Assembly: GCF_006345805.1 (NCBI RefSeq) | Contig: NW_021836178.1 | Span: 144,873 to 208,872, forward strand | DNA: 64,000 bases | Reading direction: 5' to 3' | From: Octopus sinensis | Lineage: Eukaryota | Part shown: positions 25,631-37,751 of the stretch, one piece after another | How the letters are laid out: each line of letters begins with the position of its first letter | Numbering within the stretch: the first letter of the stretch is position 1 | Translations under genes and position numbers: made by a program | The notes under the pieces: generated by a model | Told to the model about the DNA's origin: nothing | Database searches by the model: none | What the model saw: only the letters and a program-made list of their open reading frames with translations

Positions 25631-28022
25631 CAGGGGTGTCAAACATGCGGCCCTCAGTGTACTTTGCCAAACATAAGTGCGTGCGGTCTGATTTAATGGA
25701 TATAAAATGCAAAAAATTATTTTTTATTTTTTTACATTTAATTAAATTTTTTAATTGTATTTTTAAATCGTGTTTGTTAATGTCACGTGCTTCTTCTGGA
25801 ATAAAAAAGAAACGGTGCTTGAAAGATGAACGGAGAATGTTAAAAGATAAATGGGAACTTCTCTATTTTTGCACAATGGTTGATGGAAAAATATATTGTT
25901 TGATATGTAACAAGTTTATCGCTATACCGAAAGAATACAACCTAAAGGGGCATTATCAATCTAATCATTTATCATAAAATTATTTCGAAGGTATTAAGTT
26001 GCTTATTAACCAAGAAGGTCCAATACGTGTTTCAAAGCTAAATGAATTGCGAAAAATTTTATCTGCGTTAAAAAATCATTTCACAAAAATCATAATAGAA
26101 GTACTGCATTAGTCACTGCAAGCTATGAAATCAGCAGAATGCTTGCACTAAATGGAAAATCATATTGTGATGGTGATTTCATTAAGCAATGCCTTGTAAA
26201 AACAGCGAATATTATTTGTCCAGACGACGCCCACTTGTTCAAAGATATTTCATTAACAAGAAATACTGTTGCCGAACACATTAATGAAATGGCATTGAAT
26301 TTGAAACACTAATTAAAGTCTGATTTGTTAAAATTCGAATATTTTTCAATTGCAATCGATGAAACAGTCGACGTCGTTGGAATTGCACGATTAGCAATCT
26401 TTTTTAGAGCCTGTGATTCAGATTTTAATATTTATAAAGAATTTCTCGAACTGGTACCAATGCACGATACTTACAAGTAAAGATATTTTTATAGAAATTA
26501 TAAAACTACTACAAATTCTCTTTAAATATGGGTTTGATTTGAAGAAGATTGTATGTTTATGCACTGATGGTGCTTCGAATATGGTTTGACGACATGCTGC
26601 CGTTGCCGCTAAATTGCGAGCTGAAATAGAAAAGGTAAATCCCGGGTCATCATTTGCTCATTTTCATTATATTATTCATCAGCAATATTTGTGCTCAAAG
26701 ATATTAATAATGGAAAATACCATTAGTTTGGTCACGAAAACAGTAAACTATATCAGAGGTCATCCCCTCAACCACCGGCAGTTTAGTAAACTGTTGACAG
26801 ATATTAATAATCAGTTCAGCGACATTCCTTTTTATACTCCAGTCCTCTGGTTATTACTTCACAAATTTGTTAAAAGATTTTATTTGTTGAGATCGGAAAT
26901 AATTTTATTTATGGAGATACAGAAAGCAGCAGAAAAGGCGAAGATATCTAAGTATTTGGAGATCGGAAAACTTTTCCGTTTTGTCCCAATCTCGATAGAG
27001 ACGTCTGGTGTAGTGGGATCCAAAACCGCGGAATTTCTCAAGGAAATTGGGGCGATGCTGGCTAAACGAAGGAGGGACAGTCGCGAGGGGTATTGGCTTC
27101 GCCAACGTATCGGAATTGCAGTTCTTCGTGGCAACACGCACGCGATACTGGCTGCCGGAGCAATCAATTCATGAAATAGAACTTTATTGTTGGGTTGTGG
27201 GGAGGAGCAAACCACCTCCTCAATTCGATAATGAAGTCCTGAAAATGTTTTACAGTTCCATTTTTACTTTACTTAAGTTAAAAAAAAAAAATTTTATTTT
27301 ATGGAGATGAAAGGGCAAAACACAGACGAAATGAAAAGCCAATCTTGGATCAGGAGTACTGTTGATGCACATAATGTAATGAATTTTTCTCAGTATGAAA
27401 AACAACTAGAATCGTTGTTAAAGGAATTTCAAGAAAGATTTAATGATTTTTGGTCTTTTGAACAACAATTTTTATTATTCGCATCACCATTCTCTTTTAA
27501 TGTTTCCAATGCAGATAAAAGTTTACAAATGTAACTATTCGAAATCCAATCAGATTCTATACTTTAAGCTAAATATTTGGAGGTTGGAATACCTGCTTTC
27601 TTTTTATATCTTCCTGGAAAGTTTAAAAACTTTAAAAAGTTTGCAACAAGAATCATTGCTATGTTTGGTTCGACATATATGTGTGAACAGCTTTTTTCAT
27701 TTATGAAAAGCACAAAAACTGCTTAAAGAACAGGACTAACTGATGAACATTTATTCTCTTTAATAAAAGTCGGTACTACACGAATAGCTCAGCCTGACAT
27801 ATCAAAAATTGTATCTAAAAAAAGATGTCAATCCTATGGAAGCAGCTCTCACCAAAATTAAGGGGCGATGATTGAATAATTTAGTTTCTCTTATTTTGGT
27901 TATTTATCATAATAAATATCAGAACTAATATTCCCTTAATGAGAAATTATTATAAATGCGGCCCTCGAAGCGAAATTGTTACAAAATGCGGCCCTCAAAG
28001 CGAAATGAGTTTGACACCCCTG
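25631..28022 (+). mobile_element. hAT transposon (SPIN/Buster/GTF2IRD2-like), degenerate, with an internal CRE insertion
   Basis: TIRs CAGGGGTGTCAAAC and GTTTGACACCCCTG; 8-bp TSD TTTTAAGA at 25623-25630 and 28023-28030. Protein pieces: CLICNKFIAIPKEYNLKGHY, SIAIDETVD, HYIIHQQYLC, FGSTYMCEQLFS. Confidence 0.93.
26919..27290 (+). mobile_element. 5'-truncated CRE-clade retroelement with poly(A) tail and an about 18-bp TSD
   Basis: KYLEIGKLFRFVPISIETSGVVG...WLRQRIGIAVLRGN; A-tail at 27280-27290; flanking AATTTTATTT(T)ATGGAGAT at 26901-26918 and 27290-27308. Confidence 0.88.
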
Positions 28023-28599
28023 TTTTAAGACATATTATTTTTGAACACTTGATACTTATCTTTTTGTAATGCATTCCAAGATTTCTATTGAAACAAAAAT
28101 TAAAATTGCAAAGTGTCTACAAATTTCTTCTGAAAGAGAAGGTGCAAAAAAATTCAAGAACGAGCTGGCTTTTTCAGCGGATATCGTTCGCGATATTACG
28201 TGGAAATTGCCTGTCCATCCGCTCGGCGACTCATCTAATTTAGTTAACTTCTCTATTTTTTTGGACCTAATTTAAACATTTCATAATAAAAAAATTCAAG
28301 ATAAGCTTAGATTTCAACTTGGAAAAGATTTAAGAAATAAGAAAAATTTGAAATTGACTGATTATTTCAAAAAAATGTTTTACAAAATAATGATTTATTA
28401 ATTAATCAAAATCAAGTGAAAAAACAGAATAGAAATCTATCAAACTATAGAGCAAAAAGCACAACTTATTGTATTATCGCCACATAAACACTTTGGAAGA
28501 TGTGAAAAGGTTCTTTGTTTGCAAAGTAAACCACAATTTAAACTTTTCTGAGACACTAAAAGTTTTTAACGAACTTTGAGGAATATCTAAAACTAAATC

Positions 28600-28800
28600 T
28601 AAACCGCTGGAGCTGCGGGGAAGGAGACTGACTCGTTCCTCAAAGAGGTCGGGCAGTCCATCGGGAGGAGGCTCAAGGACACGAGAGAGGGCCTCTGGTT
28701 CCGCCAGCGCATCGGCCTGGCCATTGTTCGGGGCAACGCACACTGCGTCCTTGCCGCTGGGACTTAACGATTTTCGTTGTCTTATTTTTTTATCTAAATC
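28600..28800 (+). mobile_element. CRE-clade retroelement 3' fragment
   Basis: FLKEVGQSIGRRLKDTREGLWFRQRIGLAIVRGNAHCVLAAGT*. Confidence 0.8.
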
Positions 28801-29825
28801 TTCTAATTATTATTATTTAAGCCAAACAAAATCACCGTCTTAACCATTAACTAACACGTTCAGGTGATTCCGACACTTCTCAACAGTCGAGCCATCTTTT
28901 CACGATGTTCAGACCGTGACCCCACACACTTTCTGTATGTACGGTGAATACAATTATTTAGCGCGCGTCATGTGGTTCACCTTTTCTGGTGGCGCCGGAT
29001 ACAGTCCTAAACGATATCTAAAGAGAACCATTTGCTCCCCGCCAACCAGAAGACTTCCCCCTGGATGGCATCTTCTCAACGTTGGCACTTACTATCGATT
29101 GTTGCTGTTGACCTCAGGTGACGTGGAACAGAATCCCGGCTTAAAGCTAACAATACAATGCCTAAATATTGACGGGATTCGAGGAAAGACGGCGGAACTT
29201 GACAGTTTTTTGGAGGAGAACCGAATAGATGTCTGTCTTCTCCAAGAGACGAAACTTTTGGAACGGATCCCTACTCCTCTTTTTACTGGATATGATGCAC
29301 TACGATGTGACCGCAAGTCTGACCATGGCGGGGGTCTACTGACCCTTATAAAAAGAGGAATAAAATATTTTGAGAATCCCTTACCGTATGCAAGCCTAAG
29401 GAAGGACTCCAACTCCGAAATAATTGGAATCTCACTTATGACCTCCTACGGAAGACTACGGAAGACTATTCCTTATAAAAAAATGGACTCACAGCCAAGA
29501 TTAAAATCAAAGCCATCCAAAAGGCCCCCGACGACTTATTTTCTTCCTGAAGAGGTGTCTGAAACAATCTCGAATCAGAAGAAAACAAACTCATGTGGAC
29601 CGGATGGAATTCCACTTATTCTACTAAAACACTTGGGCCCTGTTTCAATAAATGCTTTAACCACGATCTATAACACGTCATTAATCACGAACTCTATACC
29701 GAACTTATGGAAACTATCAAAAATCCGGCCAATATTAAACTAGGGATGTAAATGTCGAATACGCGAAGGAAAGACTACAAAGAATACTGGACGACTTATA
29801 TGGATGGCTATATGAAAACAGACTA

Positions 29826-32732
29826 CAGTCCGACCTCTAAATGGGACACTAAGTGTCTCAAATCAGAGGTTTCCCCAAAAAAGAGGTTTTTCAAAAAGCT
29901 CAATAAATAAAGAAAAAGAACATTATTTTTTAAAATAATCAGTTAATTTTTCTCCATATTTATATTTATTTTTAATTCCTAACGACACTTTCTTTCTGAA
30001 TTCATAAAAATCATGAAGAGAATCTGGAATCAAATCAAAGATGTTTGTCTCTAAGTTTTCCATCAAACTTAAAATTTGTCTTGAAAACATAAAAAATCAA
30101 TTAGACAATTCAAATACAGTGCTGGTAGAAAAAAACCGGTTTTGCAGTTACTAACTTTTTTTGGCCGATAGCATTTATTTTTTTTAACTGAATTGAACTC
30201 TTTGTAGTTGATTAGATTTATAATTTTTTTTATTTATAAAAAATTCCATTAATCGTTTAAAATTCTGAAGATTTAAATTTTAGAGTGTGAATAAAAAACC
30301 GGTTTTCATTATTGAGTGATATTTTAGTAGTTGAATTTTTAGTTTTATAAGCAAATGTTAAATAAAATAATTAAAGGGAAGATTTTTGCTCTTTATGAGT
30401 CAAATTGGACGATAAAAGATATCGCAGATCATCTAAATACTCCAAAATCGACAATCAGAGATTTTCTTCGAAAATTCAAAAAATATGGAACTATTGATAG
30501 GATTCCTGGTTCTGGACGTCCTAAAAAGCTTCAAAAAACAGACGTTGAAATTTTATTGCATCTTGTTGAGTGCGATCCAAAAAAATCTTCTAACACGTTG
30601 AGGAATGAAATAAATTATTTAACCGGTAAGAGTGTCTGTAGAAAGAAAATTGGAACTTATTTAAATTCCAATTTTCTCTTCGGAAGAGTATGTCAATGTA
30701 AACCGTTGATTTCGAAGAACAACATAATAAAAAGATATGAATTGTCAAAAATTTTTATTCGGATGAACAATGACGCATGGAAAACTATTATTTTCTCTGA
30801 TGAAGCATCTTTTGAGATTTTTCATACTAAAAAAGGCAATACAGTTATCGAAAAAAAAGTTCACGTTATGAATTGAGCCATATTACGCCGACAGTAAAAT
30901 TTGGTGGAGGCAGTGTTATGGTTTGGGGCTGTATCTCCTATCAAGGAGTGGGCAATTTAGTTTTTGTTAATGGAACGCTCAATTCCGCTAAATATATAAA
31001 TGTAATAACGAATAATTTGTTCGTTTCGGCGCGAAAAATGGGACTAAATCAGTTCATTTTCCAACAAGATTTGGCTCCCTGTCATCAATCTGCATTGACA
31101 ACCAAGTTTTTTGAAGAAAATAAAGTTCCAATTTTTGATTGGGCTCCGCAATCTCCAGACATGAACCCAATGGAACATGTTTGGGGAATGATGAAGCAGA
31201 AGTATTCTTTAGATCCTACAAAAAATAAACTGGATCTGGAAGTCAAATTAACAAAAATTTGGAACGAATTGCCGTCTGAAAGTATTCAGAAGTTAATTGA
31301 TAGTATGCCTAACAGGTCATACGAGCTATTTATTAATCGAGGATACCACACAACATATTAACTGTTGATTTTGTTAACTCTTTTTGTTAAAACCGGTTTT
31401 TTATTCACAAGCAAAAATTTAAATTTTTAAAATTTCCGCCGATTATTGAAATTTTTTAAAAGTAAAAAAGATTGTACATATAATCAACTTCAAACTCTTT
31501 ATTTCATTTAGAAAATTAATAGCTATCCGCCAAAAAAAGTTAGTAACTGCAAAACCGGTTTTTTTCTACCAGCACTGTAATTATCCTTGAAATTTTTAAT
31601 GATTCCAGCATCCAATGGTTGAAGTATTGGTGTCGTATTTTTTGGTAAAAATAAAAAATCAACGTTGCTAAATGTCGATATTTTGTGGCAAGCAGCGTTA
31701 TCTAATAACATTAAGATTTTTCTTTTTTGAATAATCATTTTTTCATTAATTTTTTGAGCCAGGATATAAAAATGTCTCTTGTCATCCACGCATTTTTGGA
31801 CGAAGAGTATAAAATTAGAGTATAGAATTTCGTAGAGTATAGAATTTCGGGAGAAAATTTTTTGAAACATCTAGGATTTCTATATTTTCCGATTATTAAT
31901 GGTTCAAATTTTTCTCCAGTGTAACTACAGCATAGATGAAGAGTAACTTTATCTTTACTCCTTTTGAAGCCCCGTGCCGAATCACCAGTTTTTACGAATG
32001 ATTTACGTGGAGTAAGTTTGATAAAAAGAGAAGTTTCGTCACAATTAAAAATGTTCTCCTTTCCATATTGTTCAACTTTGATATTTAATTCTGATAAAAA
32101 ATTCAAAATTATCGCATGATCAGCAGATGCGGATTCGCCTGACAATGTTCGGAATTTTAACTCATGCCTCTGCTTGAATTTTTCTAACCATCCATTTGAA
32201 GCTTTAAACTTGTTTAAGCCCATTCTCGAAGAAACAGTTAGGGAAATTTTTTTTAAAAGAGTTCCAGAAACTGGAACATTCTGATCCCTTAGACGCTGAA
32301 AAATATCAAGGACTTTTTCATCAAATCCGTTTTTATTTTCACTTAATGATGAGGAAAGAAATCCTTTTTTGATAAATGGAAGAATATTCTTTTTTATACG
32401 AAAAATAGTTCCCTTGCTAGTATTGTACATTATGGATAATCTCCTCTCAGAATGTTCTTTCTTTAAAAGATGATCAGCAATCTTCAACTTAGTTTCATAA
32501 TTCAAAGGCATTACACAAGAAATTTGAAATGAAATGTGTCTTAAAATATTTATTTTTTAAATTGGTATAATTAATTTTATTTAATAAAAAATCAATGCCC
32601 CAAATAGAGATGTTAAAATTAATTGATTTTTTATAATTTGGTTAAAAAAATTTATAATGCCCCAAAACAGAGTTTTCCCCAAAAAAGAGGTGCCCCACCC
32701 CTGGAGGTGCGCCCCAATTAGAGGTCGGACTG
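29826..32732 (-). mobile_element. pogo/Tigger (CENP-B HTH plus DDE_1) transposon inserted at TA in the LINE
   Basis: TIRs CAGTCCGACCTCTAA at both ends; TA at 29824-29825 and 32733-32734. Protein: FKASNGWLEKFKQRH, IFNCDETSLF, LLDNAACH, LQPLDAGII. The LINE frame ENRL|HACSEKS is continuous across it. Confidence 0.92.
30117..31577 (+). mobile_element. Tc1 (DD34E) transposon nested in the pogo element
   Basis: TIRs of about 50 bp, CAGTGCTGGTAGAAAAAAACCGGTTTTGCAGTTACTAAC..., with TA duplication (30115-30116, 31578-31579). IFSDE, FQQDLAPCH plus 34 aa to E in SPDMNPME. A single -1 shift in an A-run near 30830. Confidence 0.95.
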
Positions 32733-33584
32733 TACATGCATGTTCCGAAAAGTCAGCAGTCACTCTATTCACGAAAAATAGGAAGATGGGGACGAAAACT
32801 ATTGATGTCACGTTGAACGGAATTCCAATACCACAAAAGAAAACACAGAAGATATTGGGAGTAACGCTTGATACTTTCCTCTGTTTTTCACCTCACGTAG
32901 AATCGATCGTATCAACCTGTATAAAGAAGATCAATTTTGTAAAAGCCTTCCTTTGGAACTGTGGGAGAACTTATCCGCCAGGGGTAGAGACCCTTTACAA
33001 GCAGTATATCGAGCCAACAATAGGCTATGCATGTGCTGCTTGGGGCTGTAACCTGGCGGCAACGAACCTGCTAAAAATCGAAAAAATCCAAGAAAGATCT
33101 ATCAACCTACTGAAGGACCATACCGATAGGGAAATTGTCCATAGAACACTGGAGTCTCTTGTAGAGGCAAATGGGGGGGATCGTGGAAATGGACCACAAA
33201 CCATTCACCGTACATACAGAAAGTGTGTGGGGTCACGGTCGGAACATCGTGAAAAGATGGCTCGACTGTTGAGAAGTGTCGGAATCACCTGAACGTGTTA
33301 GTTAATGGTTAAGACGGTGATTTTGTTTGGCTTAAATAATAATAATTTCTAATTCATTAATTTTTTCATTACTTTTTTGATCGTCGTATTTTTATTGTTT
33401 ATAACATCATGCAAAATTTCTTTGTGCTTTTCAACTTCGTTAAATTTTAATTAATATTCTTTGTGATAAGTTATTAGGTGGGAGCTGTTCCGCAGCGACA
33501 ATGTAAGACCACTTCCTCAGTCGTCTTCCTACTAATTCAGTAATACCGTGCTTCCTTAATGGGAAAGTTTGCAGTGTAAGGCCC

Positions 33585-33870
33585 GTTTGGGGTCGATCGG
33601 CACCTTAACTAGACGTTTGGTTCATCCCACAGCGCCAGTCATGATTACCATAATTGGCCCACTTGGTACTCTAATTCTATATGTGCCTCCAATCAAGTGA
33701 GCCACATATCTCACGTGTTTAAAGTTTGAGAATAGTATGCACCCAATCTGAGCACAGATCTCTAATCATTCGCTTTAACATATGAAACTTTTTACGAACA
33801 CCAGCTATCCTGAGAGAAATTTCGGAGAGAACCAGCTACTAGATGGCTCGATTAGTATTTCGCCCCTATT
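33585..33870 (-). rRNA. Divergent 28S rRNA fragment (domain II, about 285 bp), not a full rDNA unit
   Basis: The minus strand reads ATAGGGGCGAAATACTAATCGAGCCATCTAGTAGCTGGTTC..CCGAAATTTCTCTCAGGATAGCTGG..TAAAGCGAATGATTAGAG..TATTCTCAAACTTTAAA..ACTGGCGCTGTGGGATGAACCAAACG..GTTAAGGTGCC, collinear with conserved eukaryotic LSU (LR5-LR6 region). Confidence 0.92.
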
Positions 33871-35150
33871 CCTGGGCGTTGGAGAGCTCATCACGCCATC
33901 CTAAGCCATAGGCTAGCCGGATGGCTCGTCTTCTTACTTTCTTAAGCGCGTCAACGTACTTCTCCCTGTCCTCGCAGAAGTGCCAAGCGTGCACGCCATA
34001 GGTTAACACGGGTAACACCATGGCGTTGAACACACAGAACCAGGCACCTCTCCTCAAGTGGAAAGCACGCAACGCGCTTAATCGCTGCATTGCACGCATT
34101 TTAGTACGTGCAATGTGATCATCGAACTTACCTGACTGCTTGAAGACCACGCCCAAGTAAGTCGTCCGATCAACTACAGCGATCGCTGACCCGTCCAGCG
34201 ATAACCTAGGGATAAAATTAGTGTAACCCCTCGTCCTTTTACAGACTTTAAGGACACTGCACTTGTCCGCACACATCTTTAGACCCCTACTCCCACACCA
34301 GTTTACAAGTTCATCCACAGCAACCTGTAGCCTACGACACGCACACTCTGGTTTCATCGACTGATCCCAGAGGATAATGTCGTCTGCATAGATCACCATT
34401 CCAGTACGAGCATTGACTGGCATAGGCGCAGAGGCCATAAAGATATTAAACAGTGTGGGACTCAGCACAGAACCCTGAGGGACCCCGCGAAGGACTGTTG
34501 CGACTTTAGAAAGAACCCCCTGGTGTCGCACGACCTGACCGCGAGATTCGAGGAACCCCGACAGCCAGCGCCTTAGACACGGAGAAACCCCACACGTGGC
34601 GAGGGAACTCCGCAGGCCGTCGTGCCACACCGAGTCGAAGGCCTTTTCTATGTCAAGACTAACTAACATACCACACTCACTTTTCTGGAGGGCGTTCTTC
34701 ATTTCGGAAGACACCTTCCACAAGCAGTCTCCACATGAACGACCCTCCCTGAAGCCCCATTGGAACTCCGGGAGGGCGTCAGCCACCATCAGCTCCTCCA
34801 GGAGCCTTTGGTGCATGATCCTTTCTAGGATTTTAGATATAGCGGGAAGCAAGGAAATGGGCCTATATCCCCCGGGGACATCATGAGGCTTCCCAGGTTT
34901 TCCAATGAGGATTACCTCAGCCACTTTCACCTGGAAGGAATCATCCCAAGTCGCAAGCTCCCGCTAAACAAAACCTGTAAGGCCGTGATCAACAACGGCG
35001 GGGCCTTTTTGAAGATGGACATAGGGATCCGATCTAGCCCCGCCGCGGTGTTCTTACTTCGGGAGATCGCTGCCAGGATCTCCCTTTCGGAAACTTCGCC
35101 TGCATCGACCCTTGATATGTCCAGCTGGCAGCGCTTGTATCCCCCTGATT
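33866..35150 (-). mobile_element. 5'-truncated APE-type (Jockey/I/R1-group) LINE RT, 3'-fused to 28S sequence
   Basis: YRPISLLPAISKILER, QWGFREGRS, LDIEKAFDSV, GVPQGSVLSPTLFNIF, YADDI, YLGVVF. The stop codon TAG (33868-33866) is part of the rRNA ATAGGGG. Confidence 0.9.
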
Positions 35151-35245
35151 ATTTGTTATCACTGATAACATAAAATATTTTTTATGCTGCCTACAGAGGA
35201 ATTCTTAAGTATTGTTTTGCCAATGTCTAAATTAGGTAGCATCCC

Positions 35246-35760
35246 TCAGTACTTAGTGTTCCCAATCGAAAAGAAATCGACACAAAAGACAAATGCCTGC
35301 TTGCAATCAGGTGGTTGATTTGTTGTGAGTTTCGCATTGAATGTGATGCACATCATCATGGAGATTGCCAGACATTTCCCAGACTCGTCCACCACTCGAG
35401 AAGGCAGGCGAGACAACACATCATTCAATGATGCCTCAGTAGGTCTATAACTGCAATCCCAGTTAGTTCCTTCGACGGAAAAGTCTTCATTCGGATATGG
35501 AAACTGTAAAAAATAAATAAATTTAGTTCCAATCGAGGTTTTCATTCAAAATGATTCATTTATTTTTAGACAGAAATCATTTAAAGTGCTTCAGCCCGAG
35601 GTCGGATTCAAGTCGAAAACCGATTGTATTTACTTTTCAACGCTGTAAATTCTTCAGCATTGATACTTGTAACAAAAATTAGTTCAAAAGGATATTTGTC
35701 TAATTAGTCAATAGATCTACTATTGACAAATGCACTATGAAAACCCAACTAATTCCAACC
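35246..35760 (-). CDS. Hypothetical protein, unidentified exons
   Basis: Coding-like ORF FPYPNEDFSVEGTNWDCSYRP... preceded by a polypyrimidine-AG acceptor; no family recognised. Confidence 0.3.
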
Positions 35761-35807
35761 ATAAAATATCCCAAAATAGAACATTAAGATAATTCTTAAT
35801 AAGTTAA

Positions 35808-37538
35808 TTAATCCTCGATAAGTTGCAAGTATGGTCCAGGGAAGTATCCCTTGTGCCCATCCTTCACGACCAAGCACCACTTGGTGTCGTCAAATGGCTC
35901 ACACAACTTAACTACGTCTCCCTCCTCCAACGAAATCTTGCTCTCGTCCTCAGCCTGGAAATGTCACAAAACGACAACCTTATACGACTGAAGTACACGG
36001 TAACTATCTGCAGTCACTTCTTCAATAGGCAACTTAGGAATGTTAATATAAATATACATCATATTCGGCTTGGATTGCATGGTAGGCCTCGTCAAAGTCA
36101 TCGTCAGAGGACACCACACTGTTGTAGTCCGGGATGAACTCGGGGACCTCCACATTGGGCTCGGAAATGACATCCAAGTCGGGGAGGATATCCGGCTCAT
36201 TAGAAGAACACAATTTATCAATGACGACACCACACATGTCGATTTGATGCTAAAATGTAAAATAAAGTCATACTTTTGTGTTGATAATTGCTTCCTTGTC
36301 GTTTCCTGTTAGATTCTTACATTTTTGGAGGTGTCGGAGTCGTTGTTGGGCTTTGTCCATGGTCTCCTTCCAGATACTGAGAACTCGGTTGACACTTGTC
36401 TCGTCCATGTCCTCAATTGAGTAGAGTGGGTGGAGATTTAATCTCCGAGTGCTGGAACACACCGGAAAGGCGTTGAACATTTTTTTAGAAAAGTTATTTT
36501 CCTATGAAAGTGAGGAAAATATTGGGAAACCTCTTTTAGTTGTCCAATCAGACGTGCACATTCTTTAGTGCTGGAATCGTGAGCTTTTTTAATGGACTCC
36601 ACTAAATATCGGACTTGATCGACGACTGGTTTGTCCTCCGTGATGTATTCCTATCACATTATTTCCTGGAAGTATACATTTATCAAATTTCCTAATTCTG
36701 ATCCATGTAGCTCGATTAGACGATTTACAGCAATAAGATCGGAATTGTATTTTAATTTGTGTACATTCAATTTGATTTCAGACTCTTTTGATTTTACCCC
36801 TAACTACCCATCACTCCAAATAGTCTCACTTTTTTGAGCTCCTTTTCTCTTTTTTGATGCGCCAAAGACGCAGCAGCCACACTGTCTCTGCAGAGGTCGC
36901 AATTTGTTGACTAACCTGCTTATTTTTTGTTGCATTGATTTATTTTTTGCTTGTGCTTCCACCACTTCCTTGTGTTCTTTCAGGACTCGGCCGAGGAAAT
37001 GGTCGACGTCCGCCTGACGCTTTTTTAGTGTACTCATGATCTATGTTAGTTTTCACTCCATTACTTTTTTTCTGCGTTCCACAACTTCTTTTGATGTTTT
37101 TTTGAGTTGGCTTTGGTGCATCATTATGATTTCTGTCAAGTTCTGTGAGTTTTCGATCTCCTTTCGGAAGGATCTCAAAGTCCACATTAAGTTGGTCTCC
37201 AAATATCTTTGATTAGAATTTGAGGTTCGCACCTTTTTTCGTCATTGGAAAATTTTTGGGCAAAGGACTTTGTGATTTCGGAGATTTCCTAGTCGTGATG
37301 GTTTTGGCTTACCTCGTTGTAGTTTTTGTATGCAGAGATATATTTGGCGATATAATCTCTAAGGAGTAATAAAAAATACAAAAATGGAAATATTTAAATA
37401 CTAATTTAGCTATTTTTATGTTTGGGAGTTATAAGAGTACCTGAAGTAATCTGTGAGCTCGACTGAGCGATTTGTTTCTCCGTTTAAAACTTTGACTTGA
37501 GAAGCAAAAATTTTTTTTATTGCTGTGTTTTTCGACAT
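35808..37538 (-). CDS. F-BAR, coiled-coil and SH3 protein (CIP4/Nostrin-like architecture)
   Basis: Spliced N-terminus MSKNTAIKKIFASQVKVLNGETNRSVELTDYFR|DYIAKYISAYKNYNE|EISEITKSFAQKF (F-BAR-like); long helical region; C-terminal SH3 FQAEDESKISLEEGDVV...KWCLVVKDGHKGYFPGPYLQLI. Apparent frameshifts or a stop present. Confidence 0.65.
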
Positions 37539-37751
37539 TAGTATACGATATTTGCTGAAAAGTAAATTCAAATTCGAATTTAATTTTATTTATTATTATA
37601 TTAAGTTAATTTTAAATAAATTATTAAATATATATTAAAAATTTTAAAATTCATTTTCTATTATTAAAATAACTTTTAAAATATTTTTAAATAAATAAGT
37701 ATGTCATGATGCACCAAAAATACTACTAAATTAGGAGAAAAAATGAAAAAA

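Larger units (their letters stand above)
28809..33346 (+). mobile_element. Internally deleted APE-type LINE (2A-like motif, APE, RT N- and C-flanks), flanked by 145-bp inverted repeats and interrupted by pogo plus Tc1
   Basis: APE motifs QCLNIDGIRGK, DVCLLQETKL and GGGLLTLIK; GPDGIP...WKLSKIRPI; the RT core is missing; C-terminal KILGVTLD..L.F..H. (AAT)4 tail. 28805-28949 is the reverse complement of 33203-33347 with 1 mismatch. TTCTAATT flanks both ends. Confidence 0.85.

Noticed and set aside
23757-28400. Third pogo-like element (TA-CAGTCGAACCCC at about 23755; pogo-like N-terminal peptide at 28069)
   Set aside because: No matching right TIR was found and the internal continuity is uncertain, so boundaries cannot be supported.
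28987-29000. TGGCGCC as an LTR primer-binding site
   Set aside because: No LTR pair and no gag, protease or integrase; the downstream ORF is APE-type.
9328-30840. Frameshifts in the hAT (A7 run at 9328-9334), MetRS (about 16350), GBA2 (about 21755) and Tc1 (about 30830) as programmed frameshifting or true pseudogenisation
   Set aside because: Most are 1-2 nt losses in or near short homopolymers and occur even in essential genes such as MetRS; long-read consensus error is the simplest explanation.
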